The notes under the pieces: generated by a model | What the model was told of the DNA's origin: nothing | Database searches by the model: none | Seen by the model: only the letters and a program-made list of their open reading frames with translations | NCBI GenBank assembly: GCA_965203355.1 | Contig: OZ241889.1 | Coordinates: 1,408,001 to 1,472,000 of the forward strand | DNA from: Candidatus Latescibacterota bacterium | GTDB taxonomy: Bacteria; Latescibacterota; UBA2968; UBA8231 | Length of the DNA: 64,000 nucleotides | Reading direction: 5' to 3' | Shown: piece after piece, positions 1 through 9,682 of the stretch | Layout: each line of letters starts with the position of its first letter | Numbering within the stretch: the stretch's first letter is position 1 | Translations under genes and position numbers: made by a program

Positions 1-667
1 AACAGCCCAGGTCCGGCGGAATGACCACCTCGGCCCCGAGTCGGGTCAACAGCCGCACGGTCGCATCGTTGATGTGCGGCCCCAGCACTTGTTGGACGCA
101 TCCGGTGAGCAGGGCCACGCGCAACTGACGGCTGTTTTCGGCAGGCACGACCCCGGGCCGGGCTACCGCGGATCGTCGCGGCAAGCGCTTGGGTGCCATG
201 GCTAACAGGGGTCGCACGACGCCGGGCATCAGGAAGGAGAGTGCGCGGCCCACCCCAGCCATTCTGAGCGCCAAGCGCGTGCGGCCAGGGTAGGGCAGCA
301 TCCGCGTCAGCATGGCGCGTAGCAGGCGATCCATCAAGGGCCGCTTGACCAGCTGATCCAGCCGCGGCCGGACCGTTTCCAAGAGGAGCGAATAATCCAC
401 GCCGCTCGGGCAGGTGGTCTCGCACGCCAGGCAGCCGAGGCAGTTGTCGATGTGCTCGACTGTTTGGCGGCTCGGGGCGATGCCTTCTTCGAGGATGTTT
501 TTGATGAGGTAAATGCGGCCGCGCGGGCCTTCGAGTTCGTTGCCGGTGAGTAGGTAAGTGGGGCAGGTGGCATTGCAAAAGCCGCAGTGGACGCAGGCGC
601 GCAAGGCTTTTTCGGCGTCCTTAACCGCTGGGTCTTGAAGCTGATTGGGGGGAATGGTCGTGCGCAC
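1..667 (-). CDS. glcF: Glycolate oxidase iron-sulfur subunit (5' part; runs off window start)
   Basis: Hand translation from GTG at 667: MRTTIPPNQLQDPAVKDAEKALRACVHCGFCNATCPTYLLTGNELEGPRGRIYLIK...CLGCLACETTCPSGV; two 4Fe-4S motifs plus VALLTGCVQ (CCG domain). Absent from the ORF track because it has no stop in the window. Confidence 0.9.
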   Translation of the reverse strand, partial: MRTTIPPNQLQDPAVKDAEKALRACVHCGFCNATCPTYLLTGNELEGPRGRIYLIKNILEEGIAPSRQTVEHIDNCLGCLACETTCPSGVDYSLLLETVRPRLDQLVKRPLMDRLLRAMLTRMLPYPGRTRLALRMAGVGRALSFLMPGVVRPLLAMAPKRLPRRSAVARPGVVPAENSRQLRVALLTGCVQQVLGPHINDATVRLLTRLGAEVVIPPDLGC

Positions 668-670
668 GGA

Positions 671-1141
671 TCAGCTCGGTTCGTCCCGCAGCCAGTGCGC
701 GAGGGCCTTGTCGGGCGCGCTAATCTCGGCGAGCGATGTGTAGTAGTAGGCTTCCCAGCCGTCTTCTGGCAGCCCGGTGAACAGCATCAGGTTTAGGGGG
801 TAGTTTTCTGAATCCGTGCAGCGGCGGAAGTCGTCGCGGAAGAGAAAGGTCGGCTTGCCGAGGGCAATGGCCGCCCCCAACTCGACCATGACTCCTTCGT
901 CTGGCGGCGTGCCGTTGACAATGGCGAAGATTGCGTCGGCTTCGACCACGTCGCGCAGGTCCGCTCGACCGACTTGATAGGCCCAGCCCGACGCGGAAAG
1001 ATCGACTTGGTTGTTGCGGGCAAAAGGCTCCCAGACCTCAGCGCCCAAGGCCTCTAAGGCCGAGATGAACTGGGGCAGGAGCCGCTCCTTCCAATGGGGC
1101 GAGAAGCCATACGGGCTGGCAAGGTAGAGGGTCTTTTTCAT
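671..1141 (-). CDS. Nucleoside 2-deoxyribosyltransferase family protein
   Basis: YLASPYGFS, WEPF, DLRDVVEADAIFAIVNG, PDEGVMVELGAAIALGKP and NLML motifs; start placed at ATG 1141 (MKKTLY). Confidence 0.85.
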   Translation of the reverse strand: MKKTLYLASPYGFSPHWKERLLPQFISALEALGAEVWEPFARNNQVDLSASGWAYQVGRADLRDVVEADAIFAIVNGTPPDEGVMVELGAAIALGKPTFLFRDDFRRCTDSENYPLNLMLFTGLPEDGWEAYYYTSLAEISAPDKALAHWLRDEPS

Positions 1142-1233
1142 CGCGTGCTCCGGTGTTGTGCGTGATACGCCTATATTCTGCCTATATTCAGTACAACGCA
1201 AATGCTCATACATGCAAAACGAGGCGTCGCTCC

Positions 1234-2268
1234 ATGGAAAAGCCGTCCTGCATCCTCCGCGAGAACATCCCGCTCGCTCCCTTCACCACTATGGGCCTCG
1301 GCGGCCCGGCGCGCTATTTGGCCGAGTGTTCCTCTTTAGACGAGATGCGCGCCTGCTTGACGTGGGCGGCGGCCGCGGGCCTGCCCGTGCAAGTGCTCGG
1401 CGGCGGCAGCAACGTGCTGTTTGCCGACGCGGGGTACCGCGGCTTGGTGCTCAAAGTGGGACTCAGCGGCGTAGTGTTTAATGGCGCGACCGCCGAGGTA
1501 GCGGCTGGCGAGGATTGGGATGGTTTTGTCCAGTGTTGCGTGGAGCGCGGCTTGGCTGGCGTGGAATGTCTGTCGGGTATCCCCGGGTCGGTGGGGGCAA
1601 CGCCCATCCAAAACGTGGGCGCATACGGCCAAGAAGTAAAAGACACCATCGCGGCAGTACGGGCGCTCGACCGGCAGACCTTGGCGGAAATCGCCTTGGC
1701 CCCGGCCGAATGCGGTTTTGCCTATCGTCAGAGCCGCTTTAAGGGGGCCGACCGCGACCGCTTTATCGTGACCTCGGTGACGTATCGCTTGGACGCCAGC
1801 GGCCAGCCGCACATCCGCTACCCCGAGCTGCGTCGGCACGTGGATAGCGATCAGCCGACCTTAGCCACGGTGCGCCACGCCGTGCTGGCACTCCGCCGCC
1901 GTAAGTCCATGGTCATTGACCCGCAAGATCCCAACGCCCGTTCGGTCGGTTCTTTCTTCTTGAATCCAGTCGTGGACGCGGAAGCGTTTGCTGCGTTGAA
2001 GGGCCGCTATCCCAAGGTCCCGAGCTTTCCCGATGCGGCTGGCGTCAAGGTGCCGGCCGCTTGGCTCGTCGAGCAAGCGGGATTTCACAAGGGGCTACAA
2101 AGGGGCGGTGCTGGCATCTCGGAGCGACACGCCTTGGCCTTAGTCAATCGCGGCGGCACGACCCGCGAAGTGCTCGCCTTGGCCGGTGAGATTCGGGCGG
2201 GGGTGGAGCAGACCTTTGGGATTCGCTTGGAGCGGGAGCCGGTGTTGGTGGAGGAGGGTGGGGGATGA
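1234..2268 (+). CDS. murB: UDP-N-acetylenolpyruvoylglucosamine reductase
   Basis: LAPFTTMGLGGPA, LGGGSNVL, GIPGSVGATPIQNVGAYG, FAYRQSRFK, SVGSFFLNP, HALALVN, LEREP. Confidence 0.95.
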   Translation: MEKPSCILRENIPLAPFTTMGLGGPARYLAECSSLDEMRACLTWAAAAGLPVQVLGGGSNVLFADAGYRGLVLKVGLSGVVFNGATAEVAAGEDWDGFVQCCVERGLAGVECLSGIPGSVGATPIQNVGAYGQEVKDTIAAVRALDRQTLAEIALAPAECGFAYRQSRFKGADRDRFIVTSVTYRLDASGQPHIRYPELRRHVDSDQPTLATVRHAVLALRRRKSMVIDPQDPNARSVGSFFLNPVVDAEAFAALKGRYPKVPSFPDAAGVKVPAAWLVEQAGFHKGLQRGGAGISERHALALVNRGGTTREVLALAGEIRAGVEQTFGIRLEREPVLVEEGGG

Positions 2269-4790
2269 GCGAGGCGGCGGCTCGGCGCAAAATCGACCAG
2301 TTGCTCGCAAACGCTGGTTGGCGATTCTTCGCCGACGATACTGGATCGGCCAATATCCGCTTGGAGGCGCACGTCGCGCTCAAACGCGACGATCTCGATA
2401 GCTTAGGCGATAATTTTGAGCGTTCCAGTCGCGGATTTGTCGATTTCCTGATCCTCGACGACCGGGGATTCCCGCTGGTCGTGTTGGAGGCCAAGTCCGA
2501 AGATAAGAATCCACTGGTCGGCAAGGAGCAGGCCCGGCGCTACGCCCGCTCGCTGAACTGCCGCTTCGTCATCCTATCCAACGGCAATCTACACTACTTC
2601 TGGGACTTAGAGCGCGGCAATCCGCATATCATCACGGCCTTCCCGGCGCCGGATTCGGTGGAGAGGTACAAACAGGTCGCGCCCAATCCGCAGCGCCTGA
2701 TAGATGAACGGGTTGGCGACGACTACATCGTCCTCACGCAGCGGCCCAACTACGCGGCCGAGGCCGGGTGGCGCGACGCGGCCGAGCGTTCCAGATACAT
2801 TCAGACGCATGGCTTGCGCTTTTTGCGCGACTACCAGCTAGGAGCGATTCGCAGCTTGCAGCGGGCCGTCCGAGCCGGACGCGACCGATTCTTGTTTGAG
2901 ATGGCTACGGGCACCGGCAAGACGCTGGTGGCGGCCGCTGTCATCAAGCTGTTTCTCCGCACGGGCAACGCCCGCCGCGTTCTCTTCTTGGTCGATCGGC
3001 TGGAGTTGGAAGACCAAGCGGCGAACAAGTCGTTTGTCCCGTACTTGGCGCACGACTTTGACGCGGTCATCTACAAGGAGAAACGCGACGACTGGCGTCG
3101 GGCGCACATTGTGGTCGCGACGGTTCAGTCGCTGCTGTTCAACAACAAGTATCAGTCGCTGTTTTCGCCCACGGACTTTGACTTGGTGATTTCGGATGAG
3201 GCGCATCGGTCTATCAGCGGCAACGCCCGCGCCGTATTCGATTACTTCGTTGGGTACAAGCTGGGGCTGACTGCGACGCCGCGAGACTACCTCAAAGGCA
3301 TTCATGCGAGCGGCGATCCGCGCGCGGTGGAACGCCGATTGCTGCTCGACACGTACCGCACCTTCGGCTGCGCGCGTGGCGAGCCGACGTTTCGCTATTC
3401 GTTGCTCGACGGGGTGCGCGATGGGCATTTGATCAACCCTCGGGTCGTGGACGTACGCACCGAGGTGACCACCGAGCTGCTCGCTGACGGGGGCTTTGTG
3501 GTGTCTTTTGCCGATGATGAAGGCGAGCCGCAGGAGGAAGCGTTCAAAAAGCGCGACTTTGAGCGGGAGTTTTTCTCGGAAGCTACCAACGCGGTCTTCT
3601 GCCGGACCTTTTTGGAGCATGCGCTGCGCGATCCGATCAGCGGGGAGATCGGCAAGTCCATCGTCTTTGCGGTGAGCCAGCCGCACGCGGCCAAGCTAAC
3701 GCAGTTCTTCAATGAGATCGCCGACCGCATGTTTCCGGGTCAGTACCAGTCGGACTTTGCGGTGCAAGTTACGTCGCAGGTGATGGATGCCCAGCGATTC
3801 GCGGTCAACTTTGCCAACAACAACCTCGGCGGATCCGGCAATTTTAGGCGCGAGTACCGCACGAGTAAGGCGCGGATATGCGTAACCGTCGGCATGATGA
3901 CTACTGGCTACGACTGCACCGACATTCTCAATTTGGGCCTGTTCAGGCCGATATTTTCGCCGACGGATTTCGTCCAGATCAAGGGGCGCGGCACTCGGAA
4001 GCACAACTTCCTCGACCAACTGATAGGGCCTCGCGCCACAGACGTTGGCGCGGCTCCGGCGAAGACCACTTTCAAGCTGTTCGACTTTTTCGGCAACTGC
4101 CAATACTTCGAGCATGAGTTCAACTACGACGAGGTGTTGGAACTGCCGCGACCGCGCGGTCCAAGTGCTGGGGAAAAGGACGATTCAAGGCCGGTTGTAT
4201 ATGCCGGCGCGTACGAGCACTTGGGAAGCGACTTTCTTGCGACGATTGAGCAAGAGCAGATCGGCTCTGAGGGGATGAGAATTGACCGGATGTTTTTCGA
4301 CCGCTTTGCCGATGAGGTGCGCGAAAATGACTTTATTGCCCAAGCTATTGAGGCTGGCCAATGGGACCGCGCTATTGACTATGTGAATCGGGAGGTTTTC
4401 GACCAGCCCGAGGAATACTACACCTTGGCTAAGTTGCGCCAAGCCGCGGCCGTGGATCGGCGCGTAACCTTGCGCGAGATACTGGAGAAGGTTTTTGATC
4501 TCATTCCGCGTTTTAAGTCGAGGGACGAGTTGCTCGAAGAGGAATTCGCCAAATTCGTCGCCGATTACAAGCCCGACGAGGCCGAGTCCATTGCGGCGAT
4601 TAGGGCGTACTTCAAGGCGTACCTGACCAGTGGGCAGACCCGAGACCTTGTTGAGAATCGGCGTTTCGCGGCCTTGGCGACCAATTCGGCTTTTTCGTAC
4701 CGCGATTTTCGCGCGGTGCCGGAGCCGTACCGCCGGCTTGTGCCCGAGTATGTCAAGGATTACGTGTCGTTGAATCAGTTCGTCTCGTAG
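2265..4790 (+). CDS. hsdR: Type I restriction-modification system restriction subunit (HsdR, EcoAI/EcoEI-like)
   Basis: N-terminal nuclease (VDFL...LEAK...QARRYA, SNG), Walker A MATGTGKT, DEAH, GLTATP, MMTTGYDC, QIKGRGTR; ATGA overlap with the murB stop. Confidence 0.9.
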   Translation: MSEAAARRKIDQLLANAGWRFFADDTGSANIRLEAHVALKRDDLDSLGDNFERSSRGFVDFLILDDRGFPLVVLEAKSEDKNPLVGKEQARRYARSLNCRFVILSNGNLHYFWDLERGNPHIITAFPAPDSVERYKQVAPNPQRLIDERVGDDYIVLTQRPNYAAEAGWRDAAERSRYIQTHGLRFLRDYQLGAIRSLQRAVRAGRDRFLFEMATGTGKTLVAAAVIKLFLRTGNARRVLFLVDRLELEDQAANKSFVPYLAHDFDAVIYKEKRDDWRRAHIVVATVQSLLFNNKYQSLFSPTDFDLVISDEAHRSISGNARAVFDYFVGYKLGLTATPRDYLKGIHASGDPRAVERRLLLDTYRTFGCARGEPTFRYSLLDGVRDGHLINPRVVDVRTEVTTELLADGGFVVSFADDEGEPQEEAFKKRDFEREFFSEATNAVFCRTFLEHALRDPISGEIGKSIVFAVSQPHAAKLTQFFNEIADRMFPGQYQSDFAVQVTSQVMDAQRFAVNFANNNLGGSGNFRREYRTSKARICVTVGMMTTGYDCTDILNLGLFRPIFSPTDFVQIKGRGTRKHNFLDQLIGPRATDVGAAPAKTTFKLFDFFGNCQYFEHEFNYDEVLELPRPRGPSAGEKDDSRPVVYAGAYEHLGSDFLATIEQEQIGSEGMRIDRMFFDRFADEVRENDFIAQAIEAGQWDRAIDYVNREVFDQPEEYYTLAKLRQAAAVDRRVTLREILEKVFDLIPRFKSRDELLEEEFAKFVADYKPDEAESIAAIRAYFKAYLTSGQTRDLVENRRFAALATNSAFSYRDFRAVPEPYRRLVPEYVKDYVSLNQFVS

Positions 4791-4801
4791 GAAGCCTTGC
4801 G

Positions 4802-4884
4802 ATTCACGTGTTTATCCGAAAAAACCGTGAATGACGCTCATTTTTGCCGGTTCATTCACGGATATTTGCCGATATAGCGTGAAT
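4802..4884. promoter_or_regulatory. Two tandem palindromic operators ATTCACG-N17-CGTGAAT upstream of fic
   Basis: 4802-4832 and 4854-4884 both read ATTCACG + 17 nt + CGTGAAT, ending 16 bp before the fic ATG. Confidence 0.7.
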
Positions 4885-4900
4885 GCGATACCATAATGAC

Positions 4901-5791
4901 ATGGCGATTACCCAGCCGATAAAAAGCCGCATCCAAGAATTGAAACGAGCGTACGATAGCTTGCGCCGAGGCAAGGAATCGCTGCTGTCGATGATCGATG
5001 AAGTGGAGATAGCCGAGAGCGTGTACAACTCGAACGCGATTGAGAATTCAACCCTCACGCTCGAGGAGACCGAGCGAATTCTGCTGGAGCAGATGTTGTC
5101 GCGCCAGGTGTCTGTGCGGGAAGTCTTTGAGGCCAAAAACCTAGCTCGCGTCACGGAATACAAACGCAGCAAAGCTAGGGACAGCGAGCTGAGCAAAGAC
5201 CTAATACTACTCTTGCATCAGATGCTCATCGGCGGCATTAATGATGCCATTGCTGGCCGCTTTCGCGCGCCGGGGGAATACGTGCGGGTGGGCACTCATA
5301 TTGCGCCGGCACCTGAGCATGTCGAGCGCATGATGGATGCGGTCCTCGTCGAGTATTCCAGCGATCTCGGCTCCTACTTCCTCGATAAAATCGCCCGATT
5401 TCACTTAGATTTTGAAACCATCCATCCTTTTTGCGACGGCAATGGCCGCTTGGGGCGGGTGCTCATCAACTTTCAGCTTATCCAGCTTGGCTTGCCGCGT
5501 CTTATTATTCGCAACTCGGAAAAGGAGCGATACTATCAGGCGTTTAGGGATTATGAGGACCGCCGCACGACTAGGACGATGGAAGATATGCTGGCGTTGG
5601 CACTCGTAGAGTCGCTGCACAAGAGGCTGAGTTATTTGCAGGGGGAGGCTATTATGCGGCTGTCGGATTATATCAAGCAGCATGGCCTCTCGGCGCCGGC
5701 AATCACCAACGCCGCTCGTCGCCAGACCATTCCCGCTTTTCGCGAGAAGGGGGTTTGGAAGATCGGGGCGGAATTCGCTTATCGGACTTAA
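4901..5791 (+). CDS. Fic family protein with C-terminal HTH-like domain
   Basis: SNAIENSTLT, canonical HPFCDGNGRLGR motif; C-terminus (LSDYIKQHGLSAPAITNAARRQTIPAFREKGVWKI) resembles an excisionase-type HTH. Confidence 0.9.
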   Translation: MAITQPIKSRIQELKRAYDSLRRGKESLLSMIDEVEIAESVYNSNAIENSTLTLEETERILLEQMLSRQVSVREVFEAKNLARVTEYKRSKARDSELSKDLILLLHQMLIGGINDAIAGRFRAPGEYVRVGTHIAPAPEHVERMMDAVLVEYSSDLGSYFLDKIARFHLDFETIHPFCDGNGRLGRVLINFQLIQLGLPRLIIRNSEKERYYQAFRDYEDRRTTRTMEDMLALALVESLHKRLSYLQGEAIMRLSDYIKQHGLSAPAITNAARRQTIPAFREKGVWKIGAEFAYRT

Positions 5792-7978
5792 CATGCTCGA
5801 TACCGCTACCAAACGCCGCATTGACACGGCCCGCGATATTCTCGTCGGCAAGGTGCCCGATCCGAAGAGCCAAGTGGAGCAGATTACGATCGCGCTGATC
5901 TACAAGTTTATGGACGATATTGACGCCGAGAGTGAGGAATTGGGAGGGGAGCGTGCGTTTTTTGCTGGCGATTTTGCGCGTTATGGTTGGCCGCAACTGG
6001 TGCGCGCTGGTTTGGGCGGTCACGAGACGTTGAATTTGTACGCCGAGGCGATCGCTCGGATGCCGGAAAATCCGGGCATTCCGCCGCTGTTCCGCGACAT
6101 TTTCAACAACGCTTATTTGCCCTACCGCGATCCGGAAACTTTGCGCGCTTTTCTCAAGGTTATTGACGAGTTTGCGTACGATCACAGCGAGCGGCTGGGC
6201 GATGCTTTTGAGTATTTGCTGTCGGTTCTTGGTTCGCAGGGCGATGCCGGGCAGTTCCGGACGCCGCGTCATATTATTGATTTTATCGTCGCCATTATCG
6301 ATCCGAAAAAAGACGAAACGGTGCTCGATCCGGCTTGTGGTACGGCCGGGTTTCTGATTTCGTCGTACAAGCACATTCTCAAGGCCAATACGGACGGCGA
6401 GGGTAACAGTACGCTGACGCCGGACGAGAAGGGGGCACTCGCGGCGAACTTCAAGGGTTATGACATTTCGCCTGATATGGTGCGGTTGTCGCTGGTGAAT
6501 TTGTATTTGCATGGTTTTGTCGATCCGCATATTGCCGAATACGACACTTTGACGAGCGAGGAGCGCTGGAGCGAATATGCCGATGTGATTTTGGCTAATC
6601 CGCCGTTTATGTCGCCGAAGGGTGGCATTCGTCCGCATCGCCGCTTTTCGGTGGAGTCCAAACGCAGCGAGGTGCTGTTCGTCGATTACATTGCCGAGCA
6701 TCTGACGCCGGTGGGGCGGGCTGGGGTTATCGTGCCAGAGGGGATCATTTTTCAGAGCCAGAATGCACACAAGCAGCTTCGCAAGATGCTGGTGGAGAAT
6801 TATTTGGTGGCGGTCATTTCGCTGCCGGCGGGCGTGTTTCAGCCGTATTCGGGGGTTAAGACTTCTATTCTGCTGCTGGACAAGGCACTGGCGCAAAAGA
6901 CGGATCGCGTGGCTTTTTTCAAGGTGGAGAATGATGGGTTTGATTTGGGGGCGCAGCGGCGAGCAATTGACGCGAATGATTTGCCGAAGGTGAGGGCGGA
7001 GTTGGGGGAGTATTTGGAGCGGCTGCGGGTGGGGACTCATGGTGTGGCGGAACCAACTGGGCTTGGGTTGATTGCTGAGAAGGAGAAGATTGCGGAGGGG
7101 GGGGAGTGGAATTTGAGTGGGGAGAGGTATCGGGAAGGTAGTGCTCGTATGTCGCATTTTCCTATCGTGGCATTAGGTAAAGTAGCGGAAGTCGTCGCTG
7201 GCCAATCACCACCGGGAAAATCCTACAACGAAAATGGTGTTGGAGTGCCGTTCTATCAGGGGAAAACCGAATTCGGTCGAATGTTCATTGGCGAGCCTAC
7301 AAAATGGACTACTGACCCGCAAAGGTTCGCCGAGGACGGTGATATTCTAATGTCGGTTCGTGCTCCTGTTGGACCTGTCAACCTTACCACTCAGAAGATT
7401 TGTATAGGCCGGGGGCTAGCTGCAATTAGGCCGATGGAAGGTCATGTAATCACAACCTATATCTTTTACGTTCTGCATAGCATAGAATCAGAAATAACTG
7501 GTAGTACCGGAGCTGCGTTTGCATCAATAAACAAAGGCGACATTGAGAGCATCCAAATTCCCTTGCCACCGCTAGAAATACAGCGGGAGATTGTGGCGGA
7601 GATTGAGGGGTATCAGCGGGTGATGGATGGGGCGCGGGCGGTGATTGATAACTATCGGCCGCAGATTGTGGTTGATCCTGAGTGGCCGATGGTTTCTTTA
7701 GGTGACTTAGAGCTTTTTTGCATTGAAAGCGGTGGTACGCCGAAGTCCAGTGTAAAAGAATATTGGGATGGAGGTATACCGTGGGCAACATTAGTCGATT
7801 TATCACCAACTGAACTTGTCGCTGAGATTAGAACTACACAACGCACAATTAGCGAAATCGGCCTTTCTAAGTCGTCGGCGAAACTGATTCCCGAAAACTC
7901 CGTCGTTGTTTCAACTCGTGCTACAATAGGTCGAATTGGCATTAATCGAATACCGTTGGCGACCAATCAGGGATTTAA

Positions 7979-8906
7979 GAAGCCTTTTTAAAATTCACTT
8001 TTAGTTGATTTTCCCTTGAAAGGACGTACCCATGAACCGACCTTTAGGTTTCATCACAAAGCCTGAAAGGGGGGTTATATATGGGTACGCCCGGTGTAGA
8101 ATATGCGACGGATTTGACCGATGCACAATGGCTGTTACTTGCTCGTCTGCTGCCTCGGGGCCGTTGGCGTCAAGGGGGTCCGGGTCGGCCACCTCGGGCG
8201 GTGCGTTTGGTGATGAATGGTCTACTGTATCGGGCTAAAACCGGGTGTCCTTGGCCGATGCTGCCGCGGTGTTTTGGGCCTTGGCAAACGGTGTATGGCT
8301 ACTTCAATCGCTGGCGTCAACAAGGGGTTTGGCCACAGATACTCGACGCCCTAACCAGGCAGGATCGCATCCAGCACGGCCGGGCACCGACCCCGTCGGC
8401 GGGGATCGTGGACGCGCAGAGCGTTACCACGGCCACCCAAGGTAAAAGTGTTGGATACGATGCCGGCAAGAAGGTTAAAGGACGCAAACGCCATCTGTTG
8501 GTCGACACCGAGGGTCGTCTGATTGAGTGTGTGGTGACCGCTGCTTCGACCTCGGATGCCGACGGCTTGAAGACCTTGTTGAAAACCTACTTTTCACCCA
8601 CGGTACAAAGGTTACGCAAGCTGTGGGTGGATGGAGCCTATAAAGGCGCGCCGCTTAGGCAATGGGTGGCTCAAAAAAAAAACGCACAAAATAGACCTTG
8701 AAGTCGTATCCAGACAAGGCTCCGGCTTTGAGGTGCTCCCTCGTCGTTGGGTCGTCGAACGAACGTTTGCTTGGCTACTCAACTATCGAGTCCATGCCAA
8801 AGACTACGAGCACCTAACTTGCAATAGTGAAGCCTTTATCCAAATCGCGATGATCCATTTGATACTCAAGCGAATCGCTAAAAAAAATGAATTTTAAAAA
8901 CGCTTC
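7979..8906 (+). mobile_element. IS5-family (IS1031-like) insertion sequence, 928 bp
   Basis: Terminal IRs GAAGCCTTTTTAAAATTC / GAATTTTAAAAACGCTTC (1 mismatch in 18); flanks TAA and TTA; carries a DDE transposase. Confidence 0.92.
8081..8897 (+). CDS. IS5-family transposase, frameshifted at an A10 tract (ORFs 8081-8701 and ~8673-8897)
   Basis: [60 protein letters not shown], then in the +1 frame [12 protein letters not shown]...KDYE. Confidence 0.9.
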
Positions 8907-9098
8907 TTAGAACATTATTGTCAAAAACCCATTGCGGGCGATACCCGAATATATCGCTTTTGCTATAACGAAACTTGTGCCTACTATGAACGCTTGGGCT
9001 AGCGGCGGTACGTTCAAAGAAATTTCCAAATCAAAGTTTTGTGATCTGCAAATCCCCCTCCCCTCACTCGAAACCCAACGCGCCATTGTCGCCGAAAT

Positions 9099-9195
9099 CG
9101 AAGCCGAGCAGTCGCTTGTCGCCGCTAATCGAGAGTTAGTGGAGCGGATGGCGGGGAAGATTCGGGCGGCGATTGGGCGGGTGTGGGGAGACGAG
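9099..9195 (+). repeat. 97-bp direct repeat copy 1 (hsdS 3' conserved region)
   Basis: CGAAGCCGAGCAGTCGCTTGTC...GGAGACGAG matches 11475-11571 with one mismatch seen. Confidence 0.95.
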
Positions 9196-9230
9196 CAGGG
9201 TGAAGCGAGGAACTCAGAAGAAGGAAGCCC

Positions 9231-9455
9231 GTGATGACCAGACAGTGGACAGCAATTATCGAGCGCGAAGGCGATGGCTACGTCGCCCTCTGTCCTGAGT
9301 TGGATATCGCTAGTCAGGGCGCAACCGTGGCCGCGGCGCGGGAAAACTTGAAAGAAGCGTTGGAGTTGTTTTTCGAGACGGCTTCAGCCGCTGAAATTGA
9401 GCATCGGCTGCACGAGGAAGTGTATGTAACGCAGGTGGAGGTCGCGTTTGGCTAG
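9231..9455 (+). CDS. hicB: HicB family antitoxin
   Basis: IIEREGDGYVALCPELDIASQGATVAAARENLKEALELF. Confidence 0.9.
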   Translation: MMTRQWTAIIEREGDGYVALCPELDIASQGATVAAARENLKEALELFFETASAAEIEHRLHEEVYVTQVEVAFG

Positions 9456-9588
9456 ACTGCGCGTGTTATCGGGCCGGAAAGTATGCGAAATACTCGCGCA
9501 TCATGGATTTACTGAGGTCCGGCGCAAAGGTAGCCATGACCTTTCTCCTGCGAAAGAGGAAGATTTGTCGCCGCTTGAGGCCGTATGA
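9448..9588 (+). pseudogene. hicA: Truncated HicA toxin
   Basis: Hand translation from TTG: MARLRVLSGRKVCEILAHHGFTEVRRKGSH then unrelated DLSPAKEEDLSPLEAV*; HicA similarity stops right after the GSH motif. Confidence 0.75.
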
Positions 9589-9682
9589 TACCTTATGATC
9601 CGCAGAACGATAAAAATGAGACGATCCGAACCTCAAACTGTTCAGTCATTCAGAATTGCTACATAAGCGAGGAGTGAAAGCC

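Larger units (their letters stand above)
5793..9234 (+). pseudogene. hsdMS: Fused type I methyltransferase-specificity gene (hsdM-hsdS) interrupted by IS5-family element
   Basis: GQFRTP, LDPACGTAGFL and ANPPF (m6A MTase) followed in frame by TRD1, IPLPPLEIQREIVAEIE and TRD2. Joining 7978 to 8910 restores ATNQGFKNIIVKNPLRAIPEY...IPLPSLETQRAIVAEIE (2511 nt, in frame). The current ORF stops at 7991 inside the IS end. Confidence 0.9.

Noticed and set aside
5703-7157. 484-aa minus-strand ORF and other long antisense ORFs (e.g. 12803-14035, 21668-22867, 24801-25586)
   Set aside because: Shadows of well-supported genes on the opposite strand, expected in GC-rich DNA; no motifs.
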